Source: a virus
Taxonomy: Duplodnaviria; Caudoviricetes
Strand: one strand, 5' to 3'
IMG/VR virus record: IMGVR_UViG_3300031867_000035
Coordinates: 1 to 64,000 of that record
Length of the DNA stretch: 64,000 bases
Shown here: in pieces, positions 19,795 through 29,040 of the stretch
How the letters are laid out: every line of letters starts with the position of its first letter
Numbering within the stretch: position 1 is the first letter of the stretch
Made by a program: the position numbers and the translations under genes
The notes under the pieces: model-generated
The model's database searches: none
What the model was told of the DNA's origin: nothing
Seen by the model: the letters and a program-made list of their open reading frames with translations, nothing else

Positions 19795-20298
19795 CTAAAT
19801 ATAATATTTTAATATAACTGATAATAAATAATTAGCAATTTTAGTAGTTAAATCCTCAATAAGAGGGTCAGTAACTGATTGAGAAGCATTGATATAAGAA
19901 GCTGCATCAATACCATAATCAATATCATAATGACAATAACCTTCATTGACAGCGGCATAAGAATTAGAATCTTTGGCTGCTACAATGAAACCACTAGGAA
20001 CAACAATACAGTTGTCGATAGTTTTGTTTCTTGTCATAAAATAAATCTTTGTAAGAAAACCACATCTAGAATGATAAGAAGGAATTCTTATCAATAAACT
20101 TGTAGCAAAATAATTTCTCCAAGATTTAACGCCAGCACCTACAATAAAATTATCATAGAAACCACGAGAATCCTCACAAGCAAGAAGCGAGGTAGGAGCT
20201 ATTAAAAGCTCCATACCTTTACTCTCGCATAATTCAACAAGTTTAATTTCTACTAAAGCAGAAATAAATGTTTGTGAAAAATTGTAATATGTAACCAT
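19795..20298 (-). CDS. hypothetical protein between AAA+ and vWA genes
   Basis: ORF with RBS aggagg. Confidence 0.7.
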   Translation of the reverse strand: MVTYYNFSQTFISALVEIKLVELCESKGMELLIAPTSLLACEDSRGFYDNFIVGAGVKSWRNYFATSLLIRIPSYHSRCGFLTKIYFMTRNKTIDNCIVVPSGFIVAAKDSNSYAAVNEGYCHYDIDYGIDAASYINASQSVTDPLIEDLTTKIANYLLSVILKYYI

Positions 20299-20309
20299 AG
20301 TAAACCTCC

Positions 20310-22262
20310 TTACTTAATCTTAAAGCCTCTAGCCTTTAAAGCACTTATAGTTGAAGAAGGCTTAAATGCTGTACCTTCCTCATCATCAACGCTAACAGCA
20401 GCAGAAGCAGAAGTACCAGATGATGAAGCAGGTGACTCAGAAATATCTACAGATACAGAGATATCTTCATCATCTTCAACTTCAGATTCTTCATAAACGT
20501 AAGAAACATTTTTACATACATCAAACAAATCATTATTGAATACAGTTGTATCAAAACCACTGAATAGATACTTCTGAAGAGATTCTATTTCAGCGGAAAG
20601 ATTAGTTTGAATAGTCTTCCAAATAGTTTCAGGTGCATTGTCTTCAGAGGAAGTACCTACCTTGACAACATTACCTCTATCAACATTGTTTATGATAGTA
20701 AACCTAGTAGCTTCTTCAACAGAAGAGAAGTTAAAGATAGTACTAACAAATACATCATAACATCTATTAGGTATCTGAATAGCATAACCTCTATTCTTTA
20801 CATTAGTAACTTGACCCTGAGTAATTTGTCTTAACTGTTGATTAACTAAATCAAAATACTTAGTAATCAACTCATCAATCTTAGGGTCAAAGGCTACTGT
20901 TACATCAGTATCGAAATGTGGTACATACTTACCTGTAACTGGTACAGGAGTTTTCTTATTACCATAAGTCTCTGCCAACCAATCTAGATTTTCTCTAGTA
21001 ACAGTATTGACATCTACTCTATCTAAGATAGGAGTTAAAGAAGGATAAGTCTCTTTAACAGACTCGATAAGATTCATTTGATTTTCTATACCAATAAATC
21101 TTGCAATCTTTAAACCTCTTCTGAAGGCAATCATTTCTTCTTGAGGAGTTTTATCTACTTGGACAAGTAAACGTCTATCCAAGAATGATTCAGGGAATTC
21201 TTGTTCACCGATAGAGCCTGGATTATATGCACATACATACTTTACAGCACGCTCTTTATCGTGAACAAAAGTTGTACCAACCATAATCTTACCTTCAGAT
21301 ATTAAGGTAGCAAAAGATTTATTATCCAATGAAGCAGCATTATTAACTTCATCTACAAAAACCAGTAAAGGTATTGAATTCATTAAACACTTACAGAAAA
21401 TAGTAATAACTTTCATAAGTTCTACCTTTACTGTACCATCCTGTTGAGGTATACCTTCAGGAGTAATTTGAATGATATGCTTAGTAAAAGCTTCTCTGAC
21501 ATCAGCAGTCCAATAGATAACAGGAATATTATCTATAGGGCAAATATCCTCTAATATCATAGAAGTTTTACCAGAACCTGGTACGCCTGTCATAATAGTA
21601 TCAACGTACTTTCTACTTTCATAGTCAGTATAAAATTGTTGACGAATGTACTCACGTACATCTCGCTTACTATTATTATAAGCTATTTGTAGATTAAGTT
21701 TTGTCTTACAATAATCTTTTTCTGTATCAGAAAGAAGACTAGAGTTCCAGAAGATATCCCAATCAACAGCTTTATATTTAGGAGCGTACTTTCTTAAAGA
21801 GTTATAGTGTTGAGCTTCAACAGTATTAACATCTTTAAATGTAGCAAAATCTAATAAGACATCTTTTAAAGTTCTATCTGTTAAGAATGTATCTGCCAAC
21901 ATATAAGCAGCTACATCATTAGTTAGAAAGACAGGAGCATTAAACCACTCATAAAGGTTACGTTCAATAACGCAACCCTTAGATTTAATAACAGCTACAC
22001 TAAAATCCATATTAGAAACGGTACTAATATGTGCACCAAGAAGAGTTAGTGGAGTACATAACTCTAAAGTATTTACAGAAGTAGAACTCTGAGCTAATAC
22101 CTTAAACTCTTCAATATCAGAAATAGATTGAGGCTGATTAGTCACCTCAAAATAACCTATTACAAATGAGAAGTCATTGCTTCCAGATGTACTAGAAGGA
22201 GCTGCTACTAATAAGCACTCCTTACCTGCATAATTAACTAAAAATAATCCGTACTTTTTCAT
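20310..22262 (-). CDS. MoxR/CobS-like AAA+ ATPase
   Basis: Walker A TGVPGSGKT, Walker B VFVDEVNN, sensor AYNPG, Arg finger FLDRR; start after AGAGG. Confidence 0.85.
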   Translation of the reverse strand: MKKYGLFLVNYAGKECLLVAAPSSTSGSNDFSFVIGYFEVTNQPQSISDIEEFKVLAQSSTSVNTLELCTPLTLLGAHISTVSNMDFSVAVIKSKGCVIERNLYEWFNAPVFLTNDVAAYMLADTFLTDRTLKDVLLDFATFKDVNTVEAQHYNSLRKYAPKYKAVDWDIFWNSSLLSDTEKDYCKTKLNLQIAYNNSKRDVREYIRQQFYTDYESRKYVDTIMTGVPGSGKTSMILEDICPIDNIPVIYWTADVREAFTKHIIQITPEGIPQQDGTVKVELMKVITIFCKCLMNSIPLLVFVDEVNNAASLDNKSFATLISEGKIMVGTTFVHDKERAVKYVCAYNPGSIGEQEFPESFLDRRLLVQVDKTPQEEMIAFRRGLKIARFIGIENQMNLIESVKETYPSLTPILDRVDVNTVTRENLDWLAETYGNKKTPVPVTGKYVPHFDTDVTVAFDPKIDELITKYFDLVNQQLRQITQGQVTNVKNRGYAIQIPNRCYDVFVSTIFNFSSVEEATRFTIINNVDRGNVVKVGTSSEDNAPETIWKTIQTNLSAEIESLQKYLFSGFDTTVFNNDLFDVCKNVSYVYEESEVEDDEDISVSVDISESPASSSGTSASAAVSVDDEEGTAFKPSSTISALKARGFKIK

Positions 22263-22290
22263 TTTATTTTTCCTCTTTTCTTTCCTTTTT

Positions 22291-23475
22291 TTATTGTTTA
22301 TTTGCCTTGAAGGCAGTTGATACAGAAGCTGGTAATTCAGTGATAGAGATATCACCATTCTTAACAGCTTCATCTAATGCTGCACTATTTAAATCAGCAG
22401 CATTAGAAGCAAACCTATACTGTGTAGTAACACCAATTACTTTATCAGTAAGTAAGTCAGGATACTTACTAACTAATTCTTCATTAGTTAGACCTACACC
22501 ATCAATATCCTTACCAGGCTTAACTATCTTTAGTGTTTGTGTACCAACACCTGTGTTAATAGTTAATCCTCCAGGATATTTAGCAGATAAATCCTCTAGG
22601 GATTTATTTATTAACTCTTCAGTTAATCCATTCTCTTTAAGAAGCAATGCTCCAATGGAATTAACTAAAGCTACTGCAGTTAAAACTTCTTCAGGAGAAG
22701 CTTCCTCTAAATGACTTACAACTGCAGCAAACTTATCTAAGATATCCTCAGAAGAACTAACAGGATACTCACAAGAATACTTCGTTCTCTTCTTCTGAAT
22801 ATCTAAAGATAATAAATTCATATTATCTTCTCCGTTAGAATCCATACCAGCTTCAACAAAATCAAACTGAAGTTGTGAACCTAACTTCTTAGCAGGAGTA
22901 ACACAAGGCATTAACCAATCATAAGGTTTACCTTGGTCCATCTGTCCTTCTTTATATAACTTTAAAAGGTTTCGCTTAGAACGAATTGTAGTATTTCTAC
23001 AAACACCTTTTAAGTTATCATCAAGAACTCCGAATACATCGGAAGCTTCTTGAACATTTATATTAAAATGTTTCTCACATAATTCAATAGCTACATCTAA
23101 GTTGATATCATCTTCAGAAGTAATATCAACATTAGAAATAACTAATGATGTATCCGTACCATCATTAACTGTGTAGCTAGTACCAGAAGGAACATTAAAT
23201 GTACCCTTAGCTAACTGGAAAACCATAGACTGAATAGAAGTTAATTCATCAATTAACTCCTTACAGGAAATTGGAAGCTTCTCAAGAATATCCTTATATT
23301 CAGGAGTTAAGAAAGGACGATACATTTCCTGAGAAATGAAAGCCTCTCTAGCGGAAGAGTCAAGATTCTGTGCATCTGCTGAAGCCTCAGCGGAAGTAAG
23401 AGCGTTTGCTAAATCAGTGTTGATTTTTGCTGCAGCGGAACGAATAGATTTTAAAGTACCAAATGTTTTTGTCAT
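22291..23475 (-). CDS. hypothetical protein (394 aa), first gene of AAA+/vWA cassette
   Basis: long ORF, RBS gaggtg. Confidence 0.75.
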   Translation of the reverse strand: MTKTFGTLKSIRSAAAKINTDLANALTSAEASADAQNLDSSAREAFISQEMYRPFLTPEYKDILEKLPISCKELIDELTSIQSMVFQLAKGTFNVPSGTSYTVNDGTDTSLVISNVDITSEDDINLDVAIELCEKHFNINVQEASDVFGVLDDNLKGVCRNTTIRSKRNLLKLYKEGQMDQGKPYDWLMPCVTPAKKLGSQLQFDFVEAGMDSNGEDNMNLLSLDIQKKRTKYSCEYPVSSSEDILDKFAAVVSHLEEASPEEVLTAVALVNSIGALLLKENGLTEELINKSLEDLSAKYPGGLTINTGVGTQTLKIVKPGKDIDGVGLTNEELVSKYPDLLTDKVIGVTTQYRFASNAADLNSAALDEAVKNGDISITELPASVSTAFKANKQ

Positions 23476-23664
23476 AATAACACCTCGTAAAAAGCTCTAG
23501 TATATTCTTTCATTATATACTAGGCAAAATAAAAAAAGTGATACGTCTAATCATTCAGGAAAACCCAATCGTGTGGGGGGATAGAGTGTATCAAACTCAC
23601 CATATAATAAAAAACACAAGCCTTTCACCTTGCTCGAGTTTTACAACTGTCGAAATAATAAAAA

Positions 23665-24075
23665 CTACTTAGGGTAATATTTGTTTACCAAAGATTTATA
23701 TTTAGCTCTTTGATTAAACATAAAATCTTTTTGAGCTTTAGAGCACTCGGCTTTCTCGAAAGTATAACCGTTCTCAGTTACAGAGAACCAATTAAACTTA
23801 TCAAGCCAAGCTATTAACTTGTTACCTTTATCTCTTAACTCTTTAGCGAGAGAGTCAAGAGATTTTATCTCATCATAACAATGATAAGGAAGGTAACAAT
23901 CAGCAATAGGAAAATCACAAGACTCAACATACGCCTTAGCCTTAGCATAATTTTCCTTTGCTGCAGGTATTAAACTTTTTATTTTTAGTTTAATAGCTGT
24001 AGCTTCTTTTATTAAAGCCCAAGCTATTTTATAATTAGGACCTTTAGAAATATAAAACTTCTCCACATCAATCAC
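23665..24075 (-). CDS. hypothetical protein
   Basis: ORF with RBS aggaggtg. Confidence 0.7.
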   Translation of the reverse strand: MIDVEKFYISKGPNYKIAWALIKEATAIKLKIKSLIPAAKENYAKAKAYVESCDFPIADCYLPYHCYDEIKSLDSLAKELRDKGNKLIAWLDKFNWFSVTENGYTFEKAECSKAQKDFMFNQRAKYKSLVNKYYPK

Positions 24076-24382
24076 CTCCTTTCAAATAATCTCTTGAAAG
24101 AGTAACAACAATAGGATTGTGTCCTTTATCTCCGAAACCAAGAGCTCTTAGAGTATTGTAATCAACCCACTCTTGAGCTTCTTCTTCAGAGCAATTTTCA
24201 TCTTCCATAAACTCTTGAATCATTGATTCATAAGAATATACTGCACGTCCATCTAATGCAGTTAAACCAATAATAGACTTATCATAAGAATGATTAGTGA
24301 AAAGACGAGGCTGGTCCTCTTCAGGAATACCCTCCTCTTTTAACATAGCAGCAACAGTTTTTCTAAATTCTTTATCTAACAT
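24068..24382 (-). CDS. hypothetical phage protein
   Basis: ORF with RBS aaggag. Confidence 0.7.
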   Translation of the reverse strand: MLDKEFRKTVAAMLKEEGIPEEDQPRLFTNHSYDKSIIGLTALDGRAVYSYESMIQEFMEDENCSEEEAQEWVDYNTLRALGFGDKGHNPIVVTLSRDYLKGGD

Positions 24383-24395
24383 TTCAGTGTTCTCC

Positions 24396-24749
24396 TTAAT
24401 ATTTTATTCCTAATAAATTAAATACATATTCTAAGGCGGCATTATAGCCTTCCTCAAAATCAGTTGAAACTTCTTCTCCGACTAAAGCTTCGTGATTCTT
24501 TAATTCATCTATAGTATATTTATTAGATTCATACAAATCTAATAAAAGCTTCTTCTCTTTATCAAAGAGAATAACATTTAAATCCTCAGCTTTTTCCTCA
24601 GGATAATAAGTGATATCAATATCAATTAAATCCTCAGGATTATTTAAGATGATAGTTTCAAGTTCATCCTTTACAGTCTCAAGAGCAGACTCTAAAGTCT
24701 TTCTTTTAATTCCACTAGAAGCATTAGAAGTAATATAAAATTTTTCCAT
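24396..24749 (-). CDS. acidic hypothetical protein
   Basis: ORF with RBS aaggag. Confidence 0.7.
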   Translation of the reverse strand: MEKFYITSNASSGIKRKTLESALETVKDELETIILNNPEDLIDIDITYYPEEKAEDLNVILFDKEKKLLLDLYESNKYTIDELKNHEALVGEEVSTDFEEGYNAALEYVFNLLGIKY

Positions 24750-24751
24750 AA

Positions 24752-25018
24752 TCAGTTTTCTCCTTTTAAAATTTTTTCATTAAAAGCATATCTATTACCT
24801 TGTGGTTCATTCTTATGAACACACACATAAGAAATACAATCACAAGAAACAAAAAGACTTTTAATAATTAATTCAATATCTTTATAATAAACTGTTTGAC
24901 CAATTTTAAATTTAGCATCAGAGGTTGCAAAACAACACTTGTTACCATAATCAATATCAAATTTATAATGGTTACAGTTTTTACAAGAACCTTTAGGCTT
25001 ATAACAAATAATAGCCAT
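24752..25018 (-). CDS. Cys-rich hypothetical protein
   Basis: start moved to MAIICY after aggagg; CKNC..CC. Confidence 0.6.
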   Translation of the reverse strand: MAIICYKPKGSCKNCNHYKFDIDYGNKCCFATSDAKFKIGQTVYYKDIELIIKSLFVSCDCISYVCVHKNEPQGNRYAFNEKILKGEN

Positions 25019-25019
25019 A

Positions 25020-25289
25020 CTAATCAAAGTCCTCCTTAAAAATAATTCTTTCAACAATAAATTTAGATTGACCACTATTACCAGGTAATAGCATACCTTT
25101 TAAAGAAACGAATTGGCCTACCCCAATATGAGATAAAACATCAAACAAAAAAGGTTCGCTAAGAAAACCTGTAAGAAAATAAGTATCAGAGAAACCATCA
25201 ATGTTCTCAAAAGGATTAGTTAATCCAAGAACAACTTGAGATTCATTGAAAGAAATAATTTTTCCTATAAGCATAACGTAGTTATACAT
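25020..25289 (-). CDS. truncated SSB-like OB-fold protein
   Basis: YNYVMLIGKI..GVGQFVSLKGML resembles bacterial SSB core; no acidic tail. Confidence 0.45.
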   Translation of the reverse strand: MYNYVMLIGKIISFNESQVVLGLTNPFENIDGFSDTYFLTGFLSEPFLFDVLSHIGVGQFVSLKGMLLPGNSGQSKFIVERIIFKEDFD

Positions 25290-25290
25290 A

Positions 25291-25587
25291 CTATTCACCT
25301 CCTTTCAAAATAGATGTAGGATTTAAAAGAACAAAGTCTTTAAACTTTGTATCTTTTAGATTGAATAGCTCATCTACAAGGCTGTCTTCAGCCTTGTAAT
25401 AAGCTTCATCTTTTAAATCACTTGAGTCTAATAATTCAGCAGCAAGCTTTCTTATTAAACACAAGTCAATCTCACAAATCTCGCAAGCTTCGTTGCAAGT
25501 CTGTTCATAAAGACATCCTGCACAAGTAATATCGTGAATATTAACATCAGGATATAAACTTAAATCGATTCCAAATCTATTCTTCAT
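25291..25587 (-). CDS. Cys-rich hypothetical protein
   Basis: CAGC..CNEACEIC; RBS gaggag. Confidence 0.65.
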   Translation of the reverse strand: MKNRFGIDLSLYPDVNIHDITCAGCLYEQTCNEACEICEIDLCLIRKLAAELLDSSDLKDEAYYKAEDSLVDELFNLKDTKFKDFVLLNPTSILKGGE

Positions 25588-25588
25588 A

Positions 25589-25954
25589 CTATTCTTTCTC
25601 CTCATTTAACTTAATTTCTAACAAAAATTTTATCTGTTCTTCTTGTTGAAGCAAAACTTGTTCAATAGTATCTAACATACTACTATAAATTACACCTAAA
25701 TTACTTCTTAATTCTTCTAAACTTTTTAATGCCTCATTAAGATTAGGGTTAAAATTACAACTTAATCTAATAATAGAAAAGGCGTAAGAGTTAGTAAGCT
25801 TATGTAAATAACAAGAAGAAGTACGTGCTGCAGTATCACCAATATGATACCACACGAAACAATCTCCATTGTCACACACTCTTTTAACAATACCTAACTC
25901 AAAACAATCTTCGTTCTGATAAAGAACTACTTCACCTTCAACAAACTTTTCCAT
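25589..25954 (-). CDS. hypothetical protein
   Basis: ORF with RBS aaggag. Confidence 0.7.
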   Translation of the reverse strand: MEKFVEGEVVLYQNEDCFELGIVKRVCDNGDCFVWYHIGDTAARTSSCYLHKLTNSYAFSIIRLSCNFNPNLNEALKSLEELRSNLGVIYSSMLDTIEQVLLQQEEQIKFLLEIKLNEEKE

Positions 25955-25967
25955 ATTATCTTTCTCC

Positions 25968-26273
25968 TTACCAATTAATTTCTATAATATCAGGCTCATT
26001 CCAAGAATAACCTTCATCTCTAGTAATACATTGAATAATTTCAATCTTAGAAGTATCTTTATAATCTTCAAAGTACTTATGATATAACTTATTTATAATA
26101 GGGTTATCAAAAGTCTCTTCTTCTGTATAAGAATAATTCCAAATTAGTTCAGCCACTTGTTCAATCTTCTCCATTATTTCAGGCTTAGCTGTTGAACAAA
26201 TTAAAAAACTTAAATCTGAATTATCACCTGTATAAGTATCAATAAAATGATATAAATACTCTTTCTTCTCCAT
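25968..26273 (-). CDS. hypothetical protein
   Basis: start moved to MEKKEY after aaggag. Confidence 0.7.
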   Translation of the reverse strand: MEKKEYLYHFIDTYTGDNSDLSFLICSTAKPEIMEKIEQVAELIWNYSYTEEETFDNPIINKLYHKYFEDYKDTSKIEIIQCITRDEGYSWNEPDIIEINW

Positions 26274-26274
26274 A

Positions 26275-26502
26275 TTATCTTTCTCCTTTAGCTTCTTTAA
26301 TAAGTCTATACAATCTACCAGGGATGACAAACTTTTCATCACAAGCATCACAACATCTAGCATCTATGTTAAAGATAGGTTCACAAACGTTGCCGTTTGC
26401 ATCCTTCCACATAGCGCCAGCTGGATTGTTACCAAAATAATTAGGACAACCTTCCTTAACGATAGGCTGTCCGCAAATACAACATAATAATTTCTTTTCC
26501 AT
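26275..26502 (-). CDS. small Zn-binding protein, paralog A
   Basis: CCICG..GNNP.GAM..RCCDAC..FVIPGR. Confidence 0.75.
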   Translation of the reverse strand: MEKKLLCCICGQPIVKEGCPNYFGNNPAGAMWKDANGNVCEPIFNIDARCCDACDEKFVIPGRLYRLIKEAKGER

Positions 26503-26503
26503 A

Positions 26504-26716
26504 TTATCTTTCTCCTTTTGTATTCTTTATTAGTCTATAAATTCTACCAGGAATAACGAAAGCTTCGTTGCAAGCATCGCAACATCTTTCATCTTCCTTA
26601 AAAGTAGGAGTGCAAAGTCTATTAAATAAATCATAGTACATTGCACCTTCAGGATTATTACCATAACCCTCAATGTACGCACCACAAATACAACAAATTA
26701 ATTTCTTAGTTTCCAT
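26504..26716 (-). CDS. small Zn-binding protein, paralog B
   Basis: same motif set as the adjacent gene; both end IKxxKGER. Confidence 0.75.
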   Translation of the reverse strand: METKKLICCICGAYIEGYGNNPEGAMYYDLFNRLCTPTFKEDERCCDACNEAFVIPGRIYRLIKNTKGER

Positions 26717-26728
26717 TTCTTTTTCTCC

Positions 26729-27052
26729 TTAATAATTTAAATTAAATATTTTTAATACTATAGCTAAAGCTGCTGAGTTACATTCTCTTAAATCTTTAAG
26801 AGTTAATTTATACTCAGGGGTTCTGTAGCCATAGCCACAGTCCTGATATAAATCAACAACAATATTAGCAAGAAGTTGAATGTAACCATTATTAAAGTCA
26901 CTATAAATTATGCTAGTGAATGCACATAATAAATCAAAAACCTTATCTGAAACAGGTTTAGATAAGGCAGAATCAATAGCTAATAAGACTTGACAATCCA
27001 TATTGTCAACATCATTAGCCTTTAATAAGTCTCTTACAAAACTATATCGCAT
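26729..27052 (-). CDS. hypothetical protein
   Basis: ORF with RBS aggaggtg. Confidence 0.7.
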   Translation of the reverse strand: MRYSFVRDLLKANDVDNMDCQVLLAIDSALSKPVSDKVFDLLCAFTSIIYSDFNNGYIQLLANIVVDLYQDCGYGYRTPEYKLTLKDLRECNSAALAIVLKIFNLNY

Positions 27053-27053
27053 A

Positions 27054-27575
27054 CTATTTCACCTCCTTTCCTTGAGGATTTTCAAATGTGTAATGATTTA
27101 AACACTCGATGCTAACATACTTCTTGTATAGCTCGATGTTACAATTACACATTAAGAAGATAGCCTCTGCTTCATACTGGCCATTATCATAGAACAAACT
27201 ATGAAGACTGACCATAGTTCCGCAGAAGCTATTGTTTCTGAATCTGTTGTAATCAGCATCATAACTAAGGCTGACTTTATTGTCAGCTATAGTATGAGCA
27301 GATTGACAACACTTAAATCTCTTACAGATTTCAGGTCTAACAGGATAAATGCTGCAATGCTTGCAACTATCCTTAACAAAAAATGGACAACGATTATCAA
27401 ACTCGCCATCAGAAATATAAATGTTCTCTTGGATATTATGCTTCTTAATGTAAGCCTTAATATTCTTAACCTCACGCTTAGTAAGAGGTATAAAATCAAC
27501 ACAGCATTCTCCACAGTTGGAGCATTTATTACCAATACAACTGTTGATAATGCTTAAAATTGTTTCATCTTTCAT
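27054..27575 (-). CDS. YkgJ-family cysteine-cluster (Fe-S/Zn) protein
   Basis: CSNCGECC..RCPF..CSIYPVRPEICKRFKC. Confidence 0.85.
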   Translation of the reverse strand: MKDETILSIINSCIGNKCSNCGECCVDFIPLTKREVKNIKAYIKKHNIQENIYISDGEFDNRCPFFVKDSCKHCSIYPVRPEICKRFKCCQSAHTIADNKVSLSYDADYNRFRNNSFCGTMVSLHSLFYDNGQYEAEAIFLMCNCNIELYKKYVSIECLNHYTFENPQGKEVK

Positions 27576-27591
27576 TTTAAAAACCTTCTCC

Positions 27592-27969
27592 TTATTGTAC
27601 AATATTTTCTTTATTCTTCTCAAAGAACTCTTCGAATTCATCGAATGAAGAATCATCTTCTTCGTCCAAATTCAAATCATCTTTGATAGAAGCAAGAACT
27701 TCTTCAAACTTTTCAGCTGCCTCAGGATTTTTAAGGTGCAAACAAATGTCAATAACGCAACCTAAAAAATTAAAGCCTATGTTCTTCTCTAAGGTAGAGA
27801 ATAAAATTGCATAAGCTTTACAAACAGTGAAACAAGCCTCGCTTGTATCGTCAAGCAAAGAGTTAATGTTAAAGAATGTCTCAGTGTTAGCCTGAGCTAT
27901 TCCTTTAACAAGGTCATCTAATGTAAGACCAGTAGTCTTTTCAAAATCTTTTAAAGTTTTCTTTTCCAT
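27592..27969 (-). CDS. hypothetical protein
   Basis: ORF with RBS gaggaa. Confidence 0.7.
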   Translation of the reverse strand: MEKKTLKDFEKTTGLTLDDLVKGIAQANTETFFNINSLLDDTSEACFTVCKAYAILFSTLEKNIGFNFLGCVIDICLHLKNPEAAEKFEEVLASIKDDLNLDEEDDSSFDEFEEFFEKNKENIVQ

Positions 27970-27973
27970 ATTA

Positions 27974-29017
27974 TTATTCCTCTCTTTTTGTATAGTTTAA
28001 AACTTCTTCTTCAGTTTTAAAGAAGTGAATACCTGATGCACACTCTACATTATACATCAGGTCAAAATTATCTACCTCAATAGTTTTATCAACTTCATAA
28101 ATAAATGTATCATCAAAAAATGAAGTAGCCTTTTTATAATTTTGTTTACCATCAAGACTAGTAATACTAATTACCTTAGCCTTATTAGTTCGACATTTCG
28201 AATTGTTAATCGAAAAAACAATAGCTCCTTTAGGAATGCGAAGCTTGACAATCAAATTATTCTTGCAAAATTTATATCCTATTAAAGATTTCTTTAGGAT
28301 TACACCTAAACGAATCTTTTCCTTTTCATCAAGAATAGTAGTGTTTAAATTAGCATTATCAAATTCTACTCCATTTAAATATGTGTGACTTAAATTTGCA
28401 TAACTTAAATTTGCATAATTTAAATTTACACTTCTTAAAAATGCATAACTTAAGTCTGCGTTAGTTAAAACAGCACTAGATAAATCAGTATGAACTAACT
28501 TAGCGAAATTTAAATCTACTTTATATAAACAAATATCAGGCGCAGTAACAAATCTAAAATCTACACCATATAAATTTGCTTCTGTTAAATCAGCACCAGA
28601 TAAATTACAGCTTCTTAACTGTGCGTTTATTAAACAAGCAAAAGATAAATCTGCGTCAACGAGAACTACATTGTATAAACGTGCACCTTCTAAATTAATA
28701 CCACATAACTTTGCATTGTTAAACCTTATATCAGGTAACTCATCAGGTAATTCTGATTGACGCAAATCAGCATTAGTAAAATTAACAGCAGTTAAAGTTG
28801 CAAGTAAATTAGAATGATATAAAATAGCATCTCTAAATTTAGCGCTAGTTAAATTAGCATTACTAAAATTAGCATAACTTAAATCTAAATTACTAAAATC
28901 AGCATTAGATAAATCTAAACCACTGAAGTCAGCACACTTACCTTTTGAATGGTCAGCTAACCACTTCTTATGGTCAGCTAAAATCTTTTTAATTTCTTTC
29001 TTTGTAATTTTTTTCAT
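27974..29017 (-). CDS. pentapeptide-repeat protein with DUF5758-like C-terminal domain (paralog 1)
   Basis: A(D/N)LxxA repeats; C-terminus GYK..LRIPKGA..KCRTNKAKV..VECASGIHFF. Confidence 0.9.
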   Translation of the reverse strand: MKKITKKEIKKILADHKKWLADHSKGKCADFSGLDLSNADFSNLDLSYANFSNANLTSAKFRDAILYHSNLLATLTAVNFTNADLRQSELPDELPDIRFNNAKLCGINLEGARLYNVVLVDADLSFACLINAQLRSCNLSGADLTEANLYGVDFRFVTAPDICLYKVDLNFAKLVHTDLSSAVLTNADLSYAFLRSVNLNYANLSYANLSHTYLNGVEFDNANLNTTILDEKEKIRLGVILKKSLIGYKFCKNNLIVKLRIPKGAIVFSINNSKCRTNKAKVISITSLDGKQNYKKATSFFDDTFIYEVDKTIEVDNFDLMYNVECASGIHFFKTEEEVLNYTKREE

Positions 29018-29040
29018 AATAATTTTCCTCTCTTTTTATT

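Noticed and set aside
23638-23665. GTTTTA...AAAAC 28-mer resembling a CRISPR repeat
   Set aside because: Single copy, shorter than type II repeats, easily arises in AT-rich terminator sequence
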